From positions 1 through 57,177 of the forward strand of contig CAYTYC010000006.1 in NCBI GenBank assembly GCA_964442255.1: a stretch of 57,177 nt of DNA. The letters run 5' to 3'. A model generated the notes under the pieces. That model worked only from the letters and a program-made list of their open reading frames with translations. It did no database searches and was not told where the DNA came from. Each line of letters starts with the position of its first letter. The stretch's first letter is position 1. The position numbers were made by a program, and so were the translations under genes. The DNA comes from an uncultured archaeon (GTDB taxonomy: Archaea > Iainarchaeota > Iainarchaeia > Iainarchaeales > 1-14-0-10-31-34). Shown piece after piece: positions 10,011-18,787 of this stretch.

Positions 10011-10869
10011 GGAAAGACCTTAAGGCCAGCCCCGCCACAAAGGAAGCCGCGGCAACCCCCAGGCTTATTGCAGCCATTTCCAGGAAATGCTTTTTGAAGG
10101 GGCCTTCTTTCACTATGGAAACAAAGTAGGTGAAGACGGCTATCACCGCAAGCACAACCAAAAGCGTTGCCGCAATTGAATAAAGGAAATTGGTGAACAC
10201 AAAAAACGGCGCCACAAGAAGCACAACCGCGAGAATGTACGCGCCCCCGGTGTACAGGGCGGCTTTCCCGGGACGTTTTTTTCCCTCAGACTTCTTTGCC
10301 AGATACTCGGAGGACATCATGGACATTGCCGCCGCGATTCCCGTGATTGTCCCCGCCAGGCCAACAAGCCTGGTGTCCTGCAAAGCAAAGCTCAGCCCGG
10401 CAAGCGCCCCCGTCAATTCAACCAATGCATCATTAAGCCCCAGAATCATTGAGCCGATGTACTTGAGCTTGTCTTCTTCCAGCAGCCGTATGATCTCTTC
10501 CTCGTGCCTGTTTTCTTCCTCAAAAATTGTGCGTGTTTCGGGCAGAATGCGGACAATTTTTTCGTATTCTTCCTGCGCCTGCTCCTCGCCTTTTTCCATC
10601 TGCTTTACCGTAAAGGTAATGCCCAAAACCCTGAGGAGAAAAAGGTGCTTCCAGATTTTAAGCCTGTCTGGCTTAACTTCTTTTCCGGTGTATTCCTTCC
10701 ATTTTTTGTAGTGCTTTAATTCGTCTTCGGAAATCCTTTCAATTATTTTCCGGTTCTTTTTTTTTTCCTTTTTCGCTATTTCCCTGTAAATGAAGTGCTC
10801 TGTTATCTCGTTTTTCTGGAATCCCCTTATTTTTTCAAGGGTTTTTTTGCTTAATTCTTTTTTTTCCAT
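9997..10869 (-). CDS. VIT1/CCC1 transporter with N-terminal rubrerythrin-like domain
   Basis: ExxH motifs (ELKH, ENRH) then LGLNDALVE and MMSSEY with multiple TM helices. Confidence 0.88.
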   Translation of the reverse strand: MEKKELSKKTLEKIRGFQKNEITEHFIYREIAKKEKKKNRKIIERISEDELKHYKKWKEYTGKEVKPDRLKIWKHLFLLRVLGITFTVKQMEKGEEQAQEEYEKIVRILPETRTIFEEENRHEEEIIRLLEEDKLKYIGSMILGLNDALVELTGALAGLSFALQDTRLVGLAGTITGIAAAMSMMSSEYLAKKSEGKKRPGKAALYTGGAYILAVVLLVAPFFVFTNFLYSIAATLLVVLAVIAVFTYFVSIVKEGPFKKHFLEMAAISLGVAAASFVAGLALRSFLGVG

Positions 10870-10886
10870 TCATCCACTATTTTTTT

Positions 10887-11264
10887 TTACCCTTTTTTCC
10901 ACAGCCCGTGCACGTTGCAGTATTCCCTTGCGGTGAGCTTGTCCCCTTTCACGGAAAACTCTGCTTCAGGGCTTTCCCCTGCCTTAAGGAATTTCCTGTG
11001 CGTTACGCCGTCCGCAATGAGCTGAATCCATTCAATGAAGTGCTTTTCCTCCATCGGGTGCGGCACTTCCCCGACCCTGACTTTTACGCTGTTCTCTGTT
11101 TCCTCTATTACAGGAACATGCTTTTCCTGTCCCTCGTCCTGTGTTTTTTCCTGCAACAGCTCCATTGGCTTTTGACAGCAAACCAGTTCACCCACTCCTT
11201 CGTGAACCACTTCCACCATGTTTCCGCAGGTTTCGCATTTATATATTTCCCCTGTTTTAGCCAT
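10887..11264 (-). CDS. dfx: Desulfoferrodoxin (superoxide reductase)
   Basis: [35 protein letters not shown]. Confidence 0.95.
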   Translation of the reverse strand: MAKTGEIYKCETCGNMVEVVHEGVGELVCCQKPMELLQEKTQDEGQEKHVPVIEETENSVKVRVGEVPHPMEEKHFIEWIQLIADGVTHRKFLKAGESPEAEFSVKGDKLTAREYCNVHGLWKKG

Positions 11265-11286
11265 TTTTTTTTTCACCTCCTTTTCC

Positions 11287-11706
11287 TTATTTTCCTAATG
11301 CCTGCCGCAGGTCCATTGCGTGCTCCTGCTCTGTTGCAAGGATGTTCCTTAACTGCTGCGCCAAAGCGAATTCCTTTAGTTCTTCGGCCTGCTCAATCCT
11401 TGCCTTGTATCTTGTGATTGCATCCTCTTCGCCCGCCAAATCCTGCTCAAGCATTTCCTTGTTGTCTTTGGATGTAAGTACTTTTCCAATATCCGCGCTC
11501 GGGCTTCCGCCCAAAAAATCTATCTGGTCAGCCAGTGTTAGCGCGTGCTGCATTTCCTCGTTTGCATGAACCTTGAGCTCTTTGATTATGTCGCCGAACT
11601 CTGCACCCGTCATCACTGCAGCGTGGTTAATGTACTGTATTGCGGCTGAAAACTCCAATTCCAGGTCCCTGTTCAGGAGCTTTATAAGTTCTTCAACTGT
11701 CGCCAT
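11287..11706 (-). CDS. Ferritin-like (bacterioferritin-related) protein
   Basis: QY..H, EEMQHA, LGGSP, EQEHA four-helix di-iron pattern. Confidence 0.88.
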   Translation of the reverse strand: MATVEELIKLLNRDLELEFSAAIQYINHAAVMTGAEFGDIIKELKVHANEEMQHALTLADQIDFLGGSPSADIGKVLTSKDNKEMLEQDLAGEEDAITRYKARIEQAEELKEFALAQQLRNILATEQEHAMDLRQALGK

Positions 11707-11726
11707 CTTCTTTCACCCCCTTTTTT

Positions 11727-11834
11727 TTATTTTCTATTGCATTTAAGGCAGTAAAACAATGTTTCGCGGTCCCCTGTCCTTAGTTTTTCACTGCATTTTC
11801 TGCAGTAATTTTCTTTTTCCCCAATTTCAACCAA
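11727..11834 (-). CDS. 35-aa CxxC..CxxC micro zinc-finger protein (TTG start)
   Basis: Manual translation MVEIGEKENYCRKCSEKLRTGDRETLFYCLKCNRK. Confidence 0.55.
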   Translation of the reverse strand: MVEIGEKENYCRKCSEKLRTGDRETLFYCLKCNRK

Positions 11835-11840
11835 CCATTT

Positions 11841-11957
11841 TTATTTTCCAACACATTTTTTGCGGTATTCTTCCGCGTCGGAGTCTTTTTTCCCGAGTTT
11901 TTCACCGCATTTTCTGCAGGTCTTCGCTTTTCCCGGTCAGACCCGTTCCTTTGCCAT
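11841..11957 (-). pseudogene. Degenerate micro zinc-finger copy
   Basis: MAKERV*PGKAKTCRKCGEKLGKKDSDAEEYRKKCVGK: in-frame TGA and third Cys replaced by Arg. Confidence 0.5.
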
Positions 11958-11958
11958 G

Positions 11959-12063
11959 TTATCTTATCCCGCACTTAAAGCAGTAAAAAAGTGAATCACT
12001 TTCGCCTTTCTTCAGTTTTTCACCGCATTTTCTGCAGTTTCCTTTCTGTGTTTCTCCCTTCAT
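11959..12063 (-). CDS. 34-aa CxxCG..CxxCG micro zinc-finger protein
   Basis: MKGETQKGNCRKCGEKLKKGESDSLFYCFKCGIR; purine-rich RBS-like GAGGGG upstream. Confidence 0.62.
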   Translation of the reverse strand: MKGETQKGNCRKCGEKLKKGESDSLFYCFKCGIR

Positions 12064-12100
12064 TTTTATCCCCTCTCCCGCATTTTGTGCAGTAATCTCT

Positions 12101-12490
12101 TTATGCGTTTTTCTTCCCGCATTCCACGCAAACCCCTTTGTATGTAACCTCCATGGTGTCTGCCCTGAATCCTTTTTTCCTGAAGTTTTTCAAAGCATTT
12201 TTTGGAATCCGGTCGTCAAATGAATCCAGCACTTTTCCGCATTCCCTGCAAACGCAGTGCTGGTGTCCTTCGGTTTGACCGTCAAACCTGAACTCCCTGT
12301 CAACTTCAAGCCTGTTTGCGAGGCCTTTCCTGTAAAGCTTGTCAAGGTTCCTGTAAACTGTCGCAAGGGTTATGGATGGAACCTCTTTCCTTACCGCCAA
12401 GTAAACCTCCTCGGCATTCGGATGAGTCTTAACGCTTTTGAGGTAATCCATTATCTTTGCAAGCTGGATTGTGTCCCTTTGCCCGGGCAA
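12101..12490 (-). CDS. Fur/PerR-family transcriptional regulator
   Basis: HPNAEEVY, SITLATVYRNL, HQHCVCRECG, GVCVEC; TTG start inferred. Confidence 0.92.
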   Translation of the reverse strand: MPGQRDTIQLAKIMDYLKSVKTHPNAEEVYLAVRKEVPSITLATVYRNLDKLYRKGLANRLEVDREFRFDGQTEGHQHCVCRECGKVLDSFDDRIPKNALKNFRKKGFRADTMEVTYKGVCVECGKKNA

Positions 12491-12507
12491 AAGTAAGCCC
12501 CCGCCAA

Positions 12508-12547
12508 ATAAATAATCATTATCAATTAGAAACAATTATTATTTAAA
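12508..12547 (-). promoter_or_regulatory. TATA box plus Fur-box-like operator upstream of the Fur gene
   Basis: Minus-strand TTTAAATA at 12540-12547; ATAATCATTATC (12512-12523) equals the last 12 nt of the bacterial Fur consensus GATAATGATAATCATTATC. Confidence 0.6.
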
Positions 12548-12554
12548 GTTTTCG

Positions 12555-13637
12555 TTAAAGCCCTGCAAGCCCTTTGGGGGCTTTGCTTAGTCTTTTAGAG
12601 GACTTTTTTTCCACAGCAAAGCAGTCCTCTATCCTTACCCCGCCAAAGCCTTTCTTATAGTAGGCCGGTTCCAACGTAAAAACCATTCCTTTTTTGAGCT
12701 TAAACGCGCTCTTTGGCCCAAGCCTGTCTGGGAAATCATGCACTTCCATTCCCAACCCATGCCCTAAAGCATGCATCAGCCCGGAGGAAAAAAACTGTTT
12801 CATCTGCCTGTCTGCTTCATTGAAAAGAGAGCTTGCGTTTGCGCCCTGCTTCAGGTTCTTGAAAGCGTTTTCCTGTATTTCCCTTACCGCAGAATAAGCC
12901 GCAGCCTGCTTTTCGCCTGGCTTTCCAACGCAAAAGGTCCTGCTTAAGTCCGAGCAATAGTTTTCATACTTTACCCCAAAATCCACTATAAGCAGCCCGT
13001 TCCCTGAAATCTTTTTCTTTGAGGTAATGTGGTGGGGGACAGAGGCATTATTCCCGAATGCAACGATTGCAGGAAATGAAAGCCCTTCCGCGCCAAGCCT
13101 TCTTGCCATGAACTCCAGCTCCAGCGCAAGCTCTTTTTCCTTCATTCCTTTCCTGAAAAAATCCGGAATTGAATTCAGCGCCTTTTCTGTGATTTTGCAT
13201 GCCCCTTCAATTTTTTTGATTTCTTCCCTGGATTTGATTTCCCGTGCCTTTCCGAGTGCAAAGGAAATGTCCAAAATCTTTTTGCCCTTAAAGAGCTTTT
13301 TCAGGCCAGGGAAATTGCTGTGCGGGTAAACCTGAAAATTCACCCCTATTTTTTTTCCTTTAATGCATTCCTTTAATGTTTCCGAAAAGCCTTTCCGCCC
13401 TGAAACAATCCGGAGTTCAAACCAGTTCCCTTTCTTTTGCTCCTCAAGGCATGAGGCAATCACCACGGGCCTCATTTTTTTCCTTAAAACAAGGAAGCTT
13501 TCCGGAAAGCTTTCCGGGGGCAGGGAGGAAAAGTAATAAAAGTTCGGGTCCCTTGAAAAGCGGAAATTCCTTATTATTGCGCAGTCCAGGGAATTCTTTT
13601 CCAGGAAAGCCCTTATTTTCCGCTGCATGGGCATCAT
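12555..13637 (-). CDS. Xaa-Pro aminopeptidase (M24)
   Basis: DFG..YCSDLSRT, HALGHGLG.EVHD, TLEP, GGVRIED. Confidence 0.92.
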   Translation of the reverse strand: MMPMQRKIRAFLEKNSLDCAIIRNFRFSRDPNFYYFSSLPPESFPESFLVLRKKMRPVVIASCLEEQKKGNWFELRIVSGRKGFSETLKECIKGKKIGVNFQVYPHSNFPGLKKLFKGKKILDISFALGKAREIKSREEIKKIEGACKITEKALNSIPDFFRKGMKEKELALELEFMARRLGAEGLSFPAIVAFGNNASVPHHITSKKKISGNGLLIVDFGVKYENYCSDLSRTFCVGKPGEKQAAAYSAVREIQENAFKNLKQGANASSLFNEADRQMKQFFSSGLMHALGHGLGMEVHDFPDRLGPKSAFKLKKGMVFTLEPAYYKKGFGGVRIEDCFAVEKKSSKRLSKAPKGLAGL

Positions 13638-14590
13638 TTTCTTTTGATTCTTCTGAAGCCGGAGCATTCAATGAACTCAAACTTCCCTTTTTTTTCCAGC
13701 TTGTCAAGAAGCAGATTCAATCCGATTGTGTCCGATGAAATGTGCCCCGCCACAACGTAATTGAACTTGTTTTTTTCCGCCGCCTTTTTGCTGTCCTCGC
13801 TTAAATGCATTCCCACAACAGTCCCAACGCCCGCCTGCACCATTTTTTCGTAGACGTCTTTTGAAGGCTCAGTTCCGCCCGTCATTTCCACGTAAACCTT
13901 TCCGCAGCTGTTTTCCGGCGAGCCGATAAAAATTTTGGGGCCCGCGCCATGCTTCATTGCCTCCACGTATTCCGGGATTTCCTTCAATATTTTCAGGATG
14001 CCGGACACCTTTTCCGGCTTTTCTTTGTCCAAAAGCTTTTGCAGAAAGCTTTCCACGTGGTTGTCTGATGCGGTGTGGCAGCACATGTAAGGAATTCCCA
14101 AAAGCCTTGCCGCGTCCTGCGAGCGGGTGTGGTTCACTGCGCTTAAACCGCGTTCAACCTGTGAAATCCTTTCCGACATAACGCCTTCCGCAACATTAAT
14201 CGGAACCCCGAACCTGCTCATGATGTTTGCCTGCATTTTCATCACAGAGTAAAGGTTTGCCAGCGCCTTTCCTTCCGGGTGGTGCGCCAAAACCAGGTCA
14301 ATTTTTTTTCCTTTTTCCTTCAGCCTTTCCGCGAGAAGAATCTCGGAAACCTCCATGTCAATTCCGAGGAGAATGGTTTTGATTTTTTCTTTCCCTGAGC
14401 CGTTCAAAATCTGCGTGTCAGGATACGGGTTCCAGAGGCCGTCCCTGTCGAAGTCCTTTTTGTCTTTTTCCTTCAATTCATTGAATTCTTTTTTCTTTTG
14501 CGCAAGGACCTTTTTTACCTCTTTTTCGCCGCGCGGGTCGGCCTTAATCCCTTCGCCCACAAAAAATTCGTGCAACTCCTTAAGGTTCAT
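13634..14590 (-). CDS. NIF3/NGG1-interacting-factor family protein
   Basis: GID, AHHPEG, HTASDN, GHISSD.IG.N metal-binding motifs. Confidence 0.8.
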   Translation of the reverse strand: MNLKELHEFFVGEGIKADPRGEKEVKKVLAQKKKEFNELKEKDKKDFDRDGLWNPYPDTQILNGSGKEKIKTILLGIDMEVSEILLAERLKEKGKKIDLVLAHHPEGKALANLYSVMKMQANIMSRFGVPINVAEGVMSERISQVERGLSAVNHTRSQDAARLLGIPYMCCHTASDNHVESFLQKLLDKEKPEKVSGILKILKEIPEYVEAMKHGAGPKIFIGSPENSCGKVYVEMTGGTEPSKDVYEKMVQAGVGTVVGMHLSEDSKKAAEKNKFNYVVAGHISSDTIGLNLLLDKLEKKGKFEFIECSGFRRIKRK

Positions 14591-14614
14591 TTTTTTTTCA
14601 CCCTCTTTTTTTTT

Positions 14615-14779
14615 TCACTTTTTTTTCAGCATGGGAAGCCCGGTGTTCGGGTTTTCCACCACCCTGAATCCTTCCGGCAAGTCAATTGAGCCCCCGCTTT
14701 TCTTTGAGAAAAAGAAAAGCCTTCCATTTTGGTGGAGATAATAGCTTACGCCTTTGCTGTTTTTGTGTTCATAGCCCAT
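14615..14779 (-). CDS. 54-aa hypothetical protein
   Basis: MGYEHKNSKGVSYYLH..LFFFSKK..DLPEGFRVVENPNTGLPMLKKK; GGAGG RBS upstream. Confidence 0.8.
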   Translation of the reverse strand: MGYEHKNSKGVSYYLHQNGRLFFFSKKSGGSIDLPEGFRVVENPNTGLPMLKKK

Positions 14780-14789
14780 GTTTTTTTCC

Positions 14790-14940
14790 CTCCTTTGGCC
14801 CTGGCCCCTTTTGCTAAAGCTTCCCTGCAAACCCGAAGGTTTTGCGGGGCCCCGTAACGTTGGAACCCTGCAGTTTCCTGCGCGCCGAAAAACCGCGGGG
14901 TTTTTTCAACGAAGCAAAACTTTTGCAGGGTTTCCAAAGG
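14790..14940 (-). ncRNA. Candidate structured 5' leader or ncRNA
   Basis: Minus strand has TGGAAACCCTGCA/TGCAGGGTTCCA stem and a GCAAAACC-TTCG-GGTTTGC hairpin (cUUCGg loop) downstream of a TTATAA box. Confidence 0.35.
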
Positions 14941-15000
14941 CTTTTTGAGATTATAAGTGGAATTCTCCTTATTAAGATTTGCCCTGCTTAATCTTGCAGA

Positions 15001-16119
15001 ATGGCCGCTGAACTGCTTGCAAGGTTTGATGAATTCACGGAAAAAATAGCCGAAAGCGACAAAATAGCCCTGGCCCACCACTCGGACGCGGACGGCTTTG
15101 GATCAGGGCTGATTGTGGAAAAGGCGCTTGAAAAGCTGAGGGGAAAAAGGGCTGACACCCGCTTCATTCCCCCGGTGCACGAGTACTTTCTTTCAGGAAA
15201 AACTTTGGGGGAATTCAGGGAAAAAGGAATCCAAAAACTTGTTTCAGTTGATTTGGGCCTTGACGCAAGGCCGCAGGCATTCCTGGAAGAAGAAAAGAGT
15301 TTTTCTTCACTGATACTGGACCACCACAAGCTTTGCGAGGACCTTAATTCCCGGAACACGATAATGCTCAAGCCCCAGCTTTTGCTTTATTCCTGCGAGC
15401 CCTCAAAATACCCGTGCGCGAAATTCGTTTTTGACCTCTTCTCCCGCCACGCGGACTTAAAGGAATTCAATTGGTTAAGTGTTTTGGGGATAGTTGGAGA
15501 CAATTCAGTTGAAAACTATCCCGAAGAAATTGAAATAGCCGAAAAGGAGCATTCCCTTTCCGTCCGGGACTTCCAGGAACTCGCTGACCTTATTGACGCG
15601 GTGGGGGCGGCGGATTTTGGCAACCTGTACTCTTTGTATGAAGAATTTTTCACTGCGGAAAAGCCAAGGGACTTGTTTGAAAGCAGTTTTTTTTCCTTCA
15701 AAAAAGAGTTTGACCGGGAAGTTGAAGAATGGGGCAACAGGTTCAAAACCGAAGCGGAAAGGTTTGAAAAAGAAGAGCTGAACCTTTTCACCATAAAGCC
15801 GGAGTTTTCAATCAAAAGCCCCCTAAGCAACCGCTTAAGCAAGCTTGAGCCAGGCAAAATTCTGGTGATAGCGGAGGATTTAAGGGACGGGTTCCTTTAC
15901 TTGAGCGCAAGAAGGCAGGATTTCAGGGTGAAGGTGAATGATTTGCTGCAGGATGCGGTTGAAGGTTTTGGTGAAGGGAACGCAGGCGGCCACATTCCCG
16001 CCGCGGGAGGAAAAATTCTTAAAAAGGATTTTCCCGCATTCAGGGAAAGGCTGCTTTCCGCCGCCCCAAAAAAAGGGTTCAGGATAAATCCCGCGCAAAA
16101 AACCGGGAAAATGCGGTAA
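15001..16119 (+). CDS. DHH/DHHA1 phosphoesterase (RecJ-like)
   Basis: HHSDADG, VDLG, LDHH, GGHIPAAGG. Confidence 0.9.
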   Translation: MAAELLARFDEFTEKIAESDKIALAHHSDADGFGSGLIVEKALEKLRGKRADTRFIPPVHEYFLSGKTLGEFREKGIQKLVSVDLGLDARPQAFLEEEKSFSSLILDHHKLCEDLNSRNTIMLKPQLLLYSCEPSKYPCAKFVFDLFSRHADLKEFNWLSVLGIVGDNSVENYPEEIEIAEKEHSLSVRDFQELADLIDAVGAADFGNLYSLYEEFFTAEKPRDLFESSFFSFKKEFDREVEEWGNRFKTEAERFEKEELNLFTIKPEFSIKSPLSNRLSKLEPGKILVIAEDLRDGFLYLSARRQDFRVKVNDLLQDAVEGFGEGNAGGHIPAAGGKILKKDFPAFRERLLSAAPKKGFRINPAQKTGKMR

Positions 16120-16134
16120 AAAAAAGCCGCGGAA

Positions 16135-16168
16135 TGACATCCTCCCCGCCCTAAAGGGCAGGGTATCC
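16135..16168 (-). mobile_element. IS200/IS605-type right-end hairpin remnant
   Basis: Minus strand GGATACCCTGCCC-TTTA-GGGCGGGGAGGATGTCA; same layout as 57017-57050; no transposase adjacent. Confidence 0.7.
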
Positions 16169-16303
16169 CAAAAATTTAACTCAAGAAAAAACAATCGGCC
16201 TGAAAGCCGAGATATTAAACCGCCTGACACGGAATAAAAAAAAAGTCCAACGAAAAAAGACAGGGAAAAAAAAAATTCTGCGCTGCACTGAAAAAAGAGG
16301 AAA

Positions 16304-16487
16304 CAACAAAAAGCAGAANNNNNNNNNNNNNNNNNNNNNNNNNNNNNNNNNNNNNNNNNNNNNNNNNNNNNNNNNNNNNNNNNNNNNNNNNNNNNNNNNN
16401 NNNNNNNNNNNNNNNNNNAAACAAAAAGCAGAAAAACAAAAAGCAGAAAAACAAAAAGCAGAAAAACAAAAAGCAGAAAAACAAAAA
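16304..16487. repeat. 15-bp tandem repeat (AAAAACAAAAAGCAG)n spanning a 100-N gap
   Basis: More than 4 copies after the gap and about 1 before it; true copy number unresolved. Confidence 0.9.
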
Positions 16488-16609
16488 GGGGCTTTCCAAA
16501 AAAAAATGGGGAATAATCCCGAAAAAAAAAATTCACTGAATTTTTGGGAAAAAAAAATATGCAAAAAAAAAATTTTGGCAGGCAAAAAATTTAATTATAA
16601 GGTGCTGAA

Positions 16610-17179
16610 ATGAAGGAAAAAATCAGGGAAGCGTTTATTGCGGAAAGGAAAACCCTCTCCGAATCCGAGGTAAGGAAAAAAAGCCTTAAAATAATCAAAA
16701 GGCTTGTTCGCCTTCCGGAATTCCGGAAAGCCAAAACAATGATGTGCTATGTGAGCTTCGGAAACGAGGTGAGGACGCACGAGCTGATAAGCGAGCTTCT
16801 TGCGCAGGGAAAAAGGATTGCTGTGCCGAAAACAGGGTGCGGAAAAAAAACCATGTATGCGGCGGAAATAAAAAAATTCGGTTCAGGAATGCAGAAAGGG
16901 CATTTTGGAATCCTTGAGCCAAAAAAGGGGCGGAGAATAAAAAAAGAAAAGCTTGACCTGGTTATTGTGCCGGGCGTTGCGTTTGACAGGAAAGGCGGAA
17001 GAATCGGCTTCGGGAAAGGCCATTTTGACCGCTTTTTGGCAGGGCTTAAAAACGGCGCGCCCTTTGTGGCGCTTGCGTTTGATTTCCAGGTAAGGGAGTC
17101 TCCCCTGCCTTTGGACGAAAAAGACGTCCGCGTGGACAAGGTTGTCACGGAAAAATGCGTGCTTGACGCTAATGCATGA
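16610..17179 (+). CDS. 5-formyltetrahydrofolate cyclo-ligase
   Basis: NEVRT, GILEP, DLVIVPGVAFDRKGGRIGFGKGHFDR. Confidence 0.93.
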   Translation: MKEKIREAFIAERKTLSESEVRKKSLKIIKRLVRLPEFRKAKTMMCYVSFGNEVRTHELISELLAQGKRIAVPKTGCGKKTMYAAEIKKFGSGMQKGHFGILEPKKGRRIKKEKLDLVIVPGVAFDRKGGRIGFGKGHFDRFLAGLKNGAPFVALAFDFQVRESPLPLDEKDVRVDKVVTEKCVLDANA

Positions 17180-18713
17180 AATGCCTTTCATTCGTGAAGA
17201 GAAGCGCAATCCCGTTTTTGTTTGCCTCTTTTATTACTTCTTCATCCTTCACCGAGCCGCCAGGCTCAATTACCGCGGAAATGCCGTGCTTTGCGGCCAG
17301 CTCAATTGAATCCTTGAACGGAAAAAATGCGTCAGAAGCAAGCACTGCCCCCTTAACTTCTTTTCCTGCTTTCTTTAAAGCAATCTCCACGGCTTCCACC
17401 CGGCTTGCCTGCCCCGCGCCAACCCCAATCGCTTTCCCGTCCTTTGCGACAACAACCGCATTGGATTTAGCGTGCTTAACCGCTTTCCATGCAAACAACA
17501 AATCCTCCAGCTGTTTTTTTGAGGGCTTAACCCCTGAAACAAACCTTAATTCACTCCGCTTAAGCACTTTGAAATCCTTTTCCTGCAAAAGCATTCCCCC
17601 GGAAAGGCCCCTGAAATCAAATTTTTCCCCGCCTTTTCCCCAATCCCTGAATTCAATTACGCGCAAATTCTTTTTTTTTGCAAAACTTTCCAGCGCCTTT
17701 TTTTCAAATGCGGGCGCAACCACGGCCTCATTGAAGAAAGAGGTTATTCTTTCCGCTGTTTCAGCGTTAACCTTCCGGTTCAATGCAATTATTCCCCCGA
17801 AGGCCGAAAGCGAGTCGCATTCAAACGCTTTCCTGAAGGCATCTTCAATTTTTTTGCCTACTGCAACACCGCACGGATTTGTGTGCTTCACAATCACTGC
17901 AGCGGGTTCGGCGAATTCTTCAGCCAATTCAACTGCTGCATTTGCGTCATTGAAATTATTGTAGGACAATTCTTTTCCCTGCAGCTGTCTGGCGTTCACC
18001 AAACCCCCCCTGAAAGGAGAAGAGTAAACCGCCGCCTTCTGGTGCGGGTTTTCCCCGTACCTGCAGTCCTGCTTTTTCTCAAAGCCCAAAACCTTTTTTT
18101 CCGGAAAGCCCGTCAAAGAAAATTTTTCCCTGAAAAAATTTGAGATAAGGGAGTCATACATTGCTGTTTCCTCAAACGCCTTCACCGCCAGCTCTTTTTT
18201 CATCGCCAATGAAACTTTGCCCCCGGCTTTCAGTTCCCCCAAAACTTTTCCGTAATCCCGGGGGGAGGAAACAACCGCCACGGATTCAAAGTTTTTTGCC
18301 GCGGCCCTTAGCAGCGCAACCCCGCCGATGTCCACGTTTTCCACGGCATTGCCTGCTTCGGGGTTTTTTTCAACAGCTTCCCTGAACGGGTAAAGGTTCA
18401 CGGCAACCAAATCAATGGGTTTGATTCCCAGCCGCTTCAATTCCTTCAAATCATTTTCCTTTTTCCGGTTCGCGAGAATTCCCGCATGGATTGCGGGATG
18501 CAGGGTTTTAACCCTTCCGCCCAGGCATTCAGGGAAGGCCGTGAGGGACTCAACCTTTACCGCCTTGATTCCATTCTTTTTCAGCAGCGCACAGGTTCCC
18601 CCGCTTGCGGCAATTTCCGTGCCGAGCCTTTCCAGGCCCTTCGCAAACTCCACAATTCCTTCCTTGCTGAAAACACTGATTAACGCACGTTTAACCGTCA
18701 ATTTTTTTTCCAC
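17169..18713 (-). CDS. purH: Bifunctional AICAR transformylase/IMP cyclohydrolase
   Basis: GRVKTLHP, DIGG, RYGENPHQ, KHTNPCG, SDAFFPF. Confidence 0.96.
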   Translation of the reverse strand: MEKKLTVKRALISVFSKEGIVEFAKGLERLGTEIAASGGTCALLKKNGIKAVKVESLTAFPECLGGRVKTLHPAIHAGILANRKKENDLKELKRLGIKPIDLVAVNLYPFREAVEKNPEAGNAVENVDIGGVALLRAAAKNFESVAVVSSPRDYGKVLGELKAGGKVSLAMKKELAVKAFEETAMYDSLISNFFREKFSLTGFPEKKVLGFEKKQDCRYGENPHQKAAVYSSPFRGGLVNARQLQGKELSYNNFNDANAAVELAEEFAEPAAVIVKHTNPCGVAVGKKIEDAFRKAFECDSLSAFGGIIALNRKVNAETAERITSFFNEAVVAPAFEKKALESFAKKKNLRVIEFRDWGKGGEKFDFRGLSGGMLLQEKDFKVLKRSELRFVSGVKPSKKQLEDLLFAWKAVKHAKSNAVVVAKDGKAIGVGAGQASRVEAVEIALKKAGKEVKGAVLASDAFFPFKDSIELAAKHGISAVIEPGGSVKDEEVIKEANKNGIALLFTNERHFMH

Positions 18714-18787
18714 CTTTTTCCAGTTTTTTTTCGGTTCTTTTTATCGGAACCGCCTTATTTTTTTGCCCTTTAACTTCTTTTAATTCT

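Noticed and set aside
11937..11939. Selenocysteine readthrough at the TGA in the middle zinc-finger copy
   Set aside because: TGA does not align with a Cys of the sister copies, the copy has also lost a Cys, and no SECIS or Sec genes are visible.
11780..11974. 64-aa ORF-track protein with ENAVKN repeats
   Set aside because: Alternative frame of the zinc-finger copies; the Cys frame explains the repeats better.
15880..16585. Phe/Cys/Leu-rich ORFs on the minus strand
   Set aside because: Translations of the 15-bp repeat and N gap; no coding evidence.
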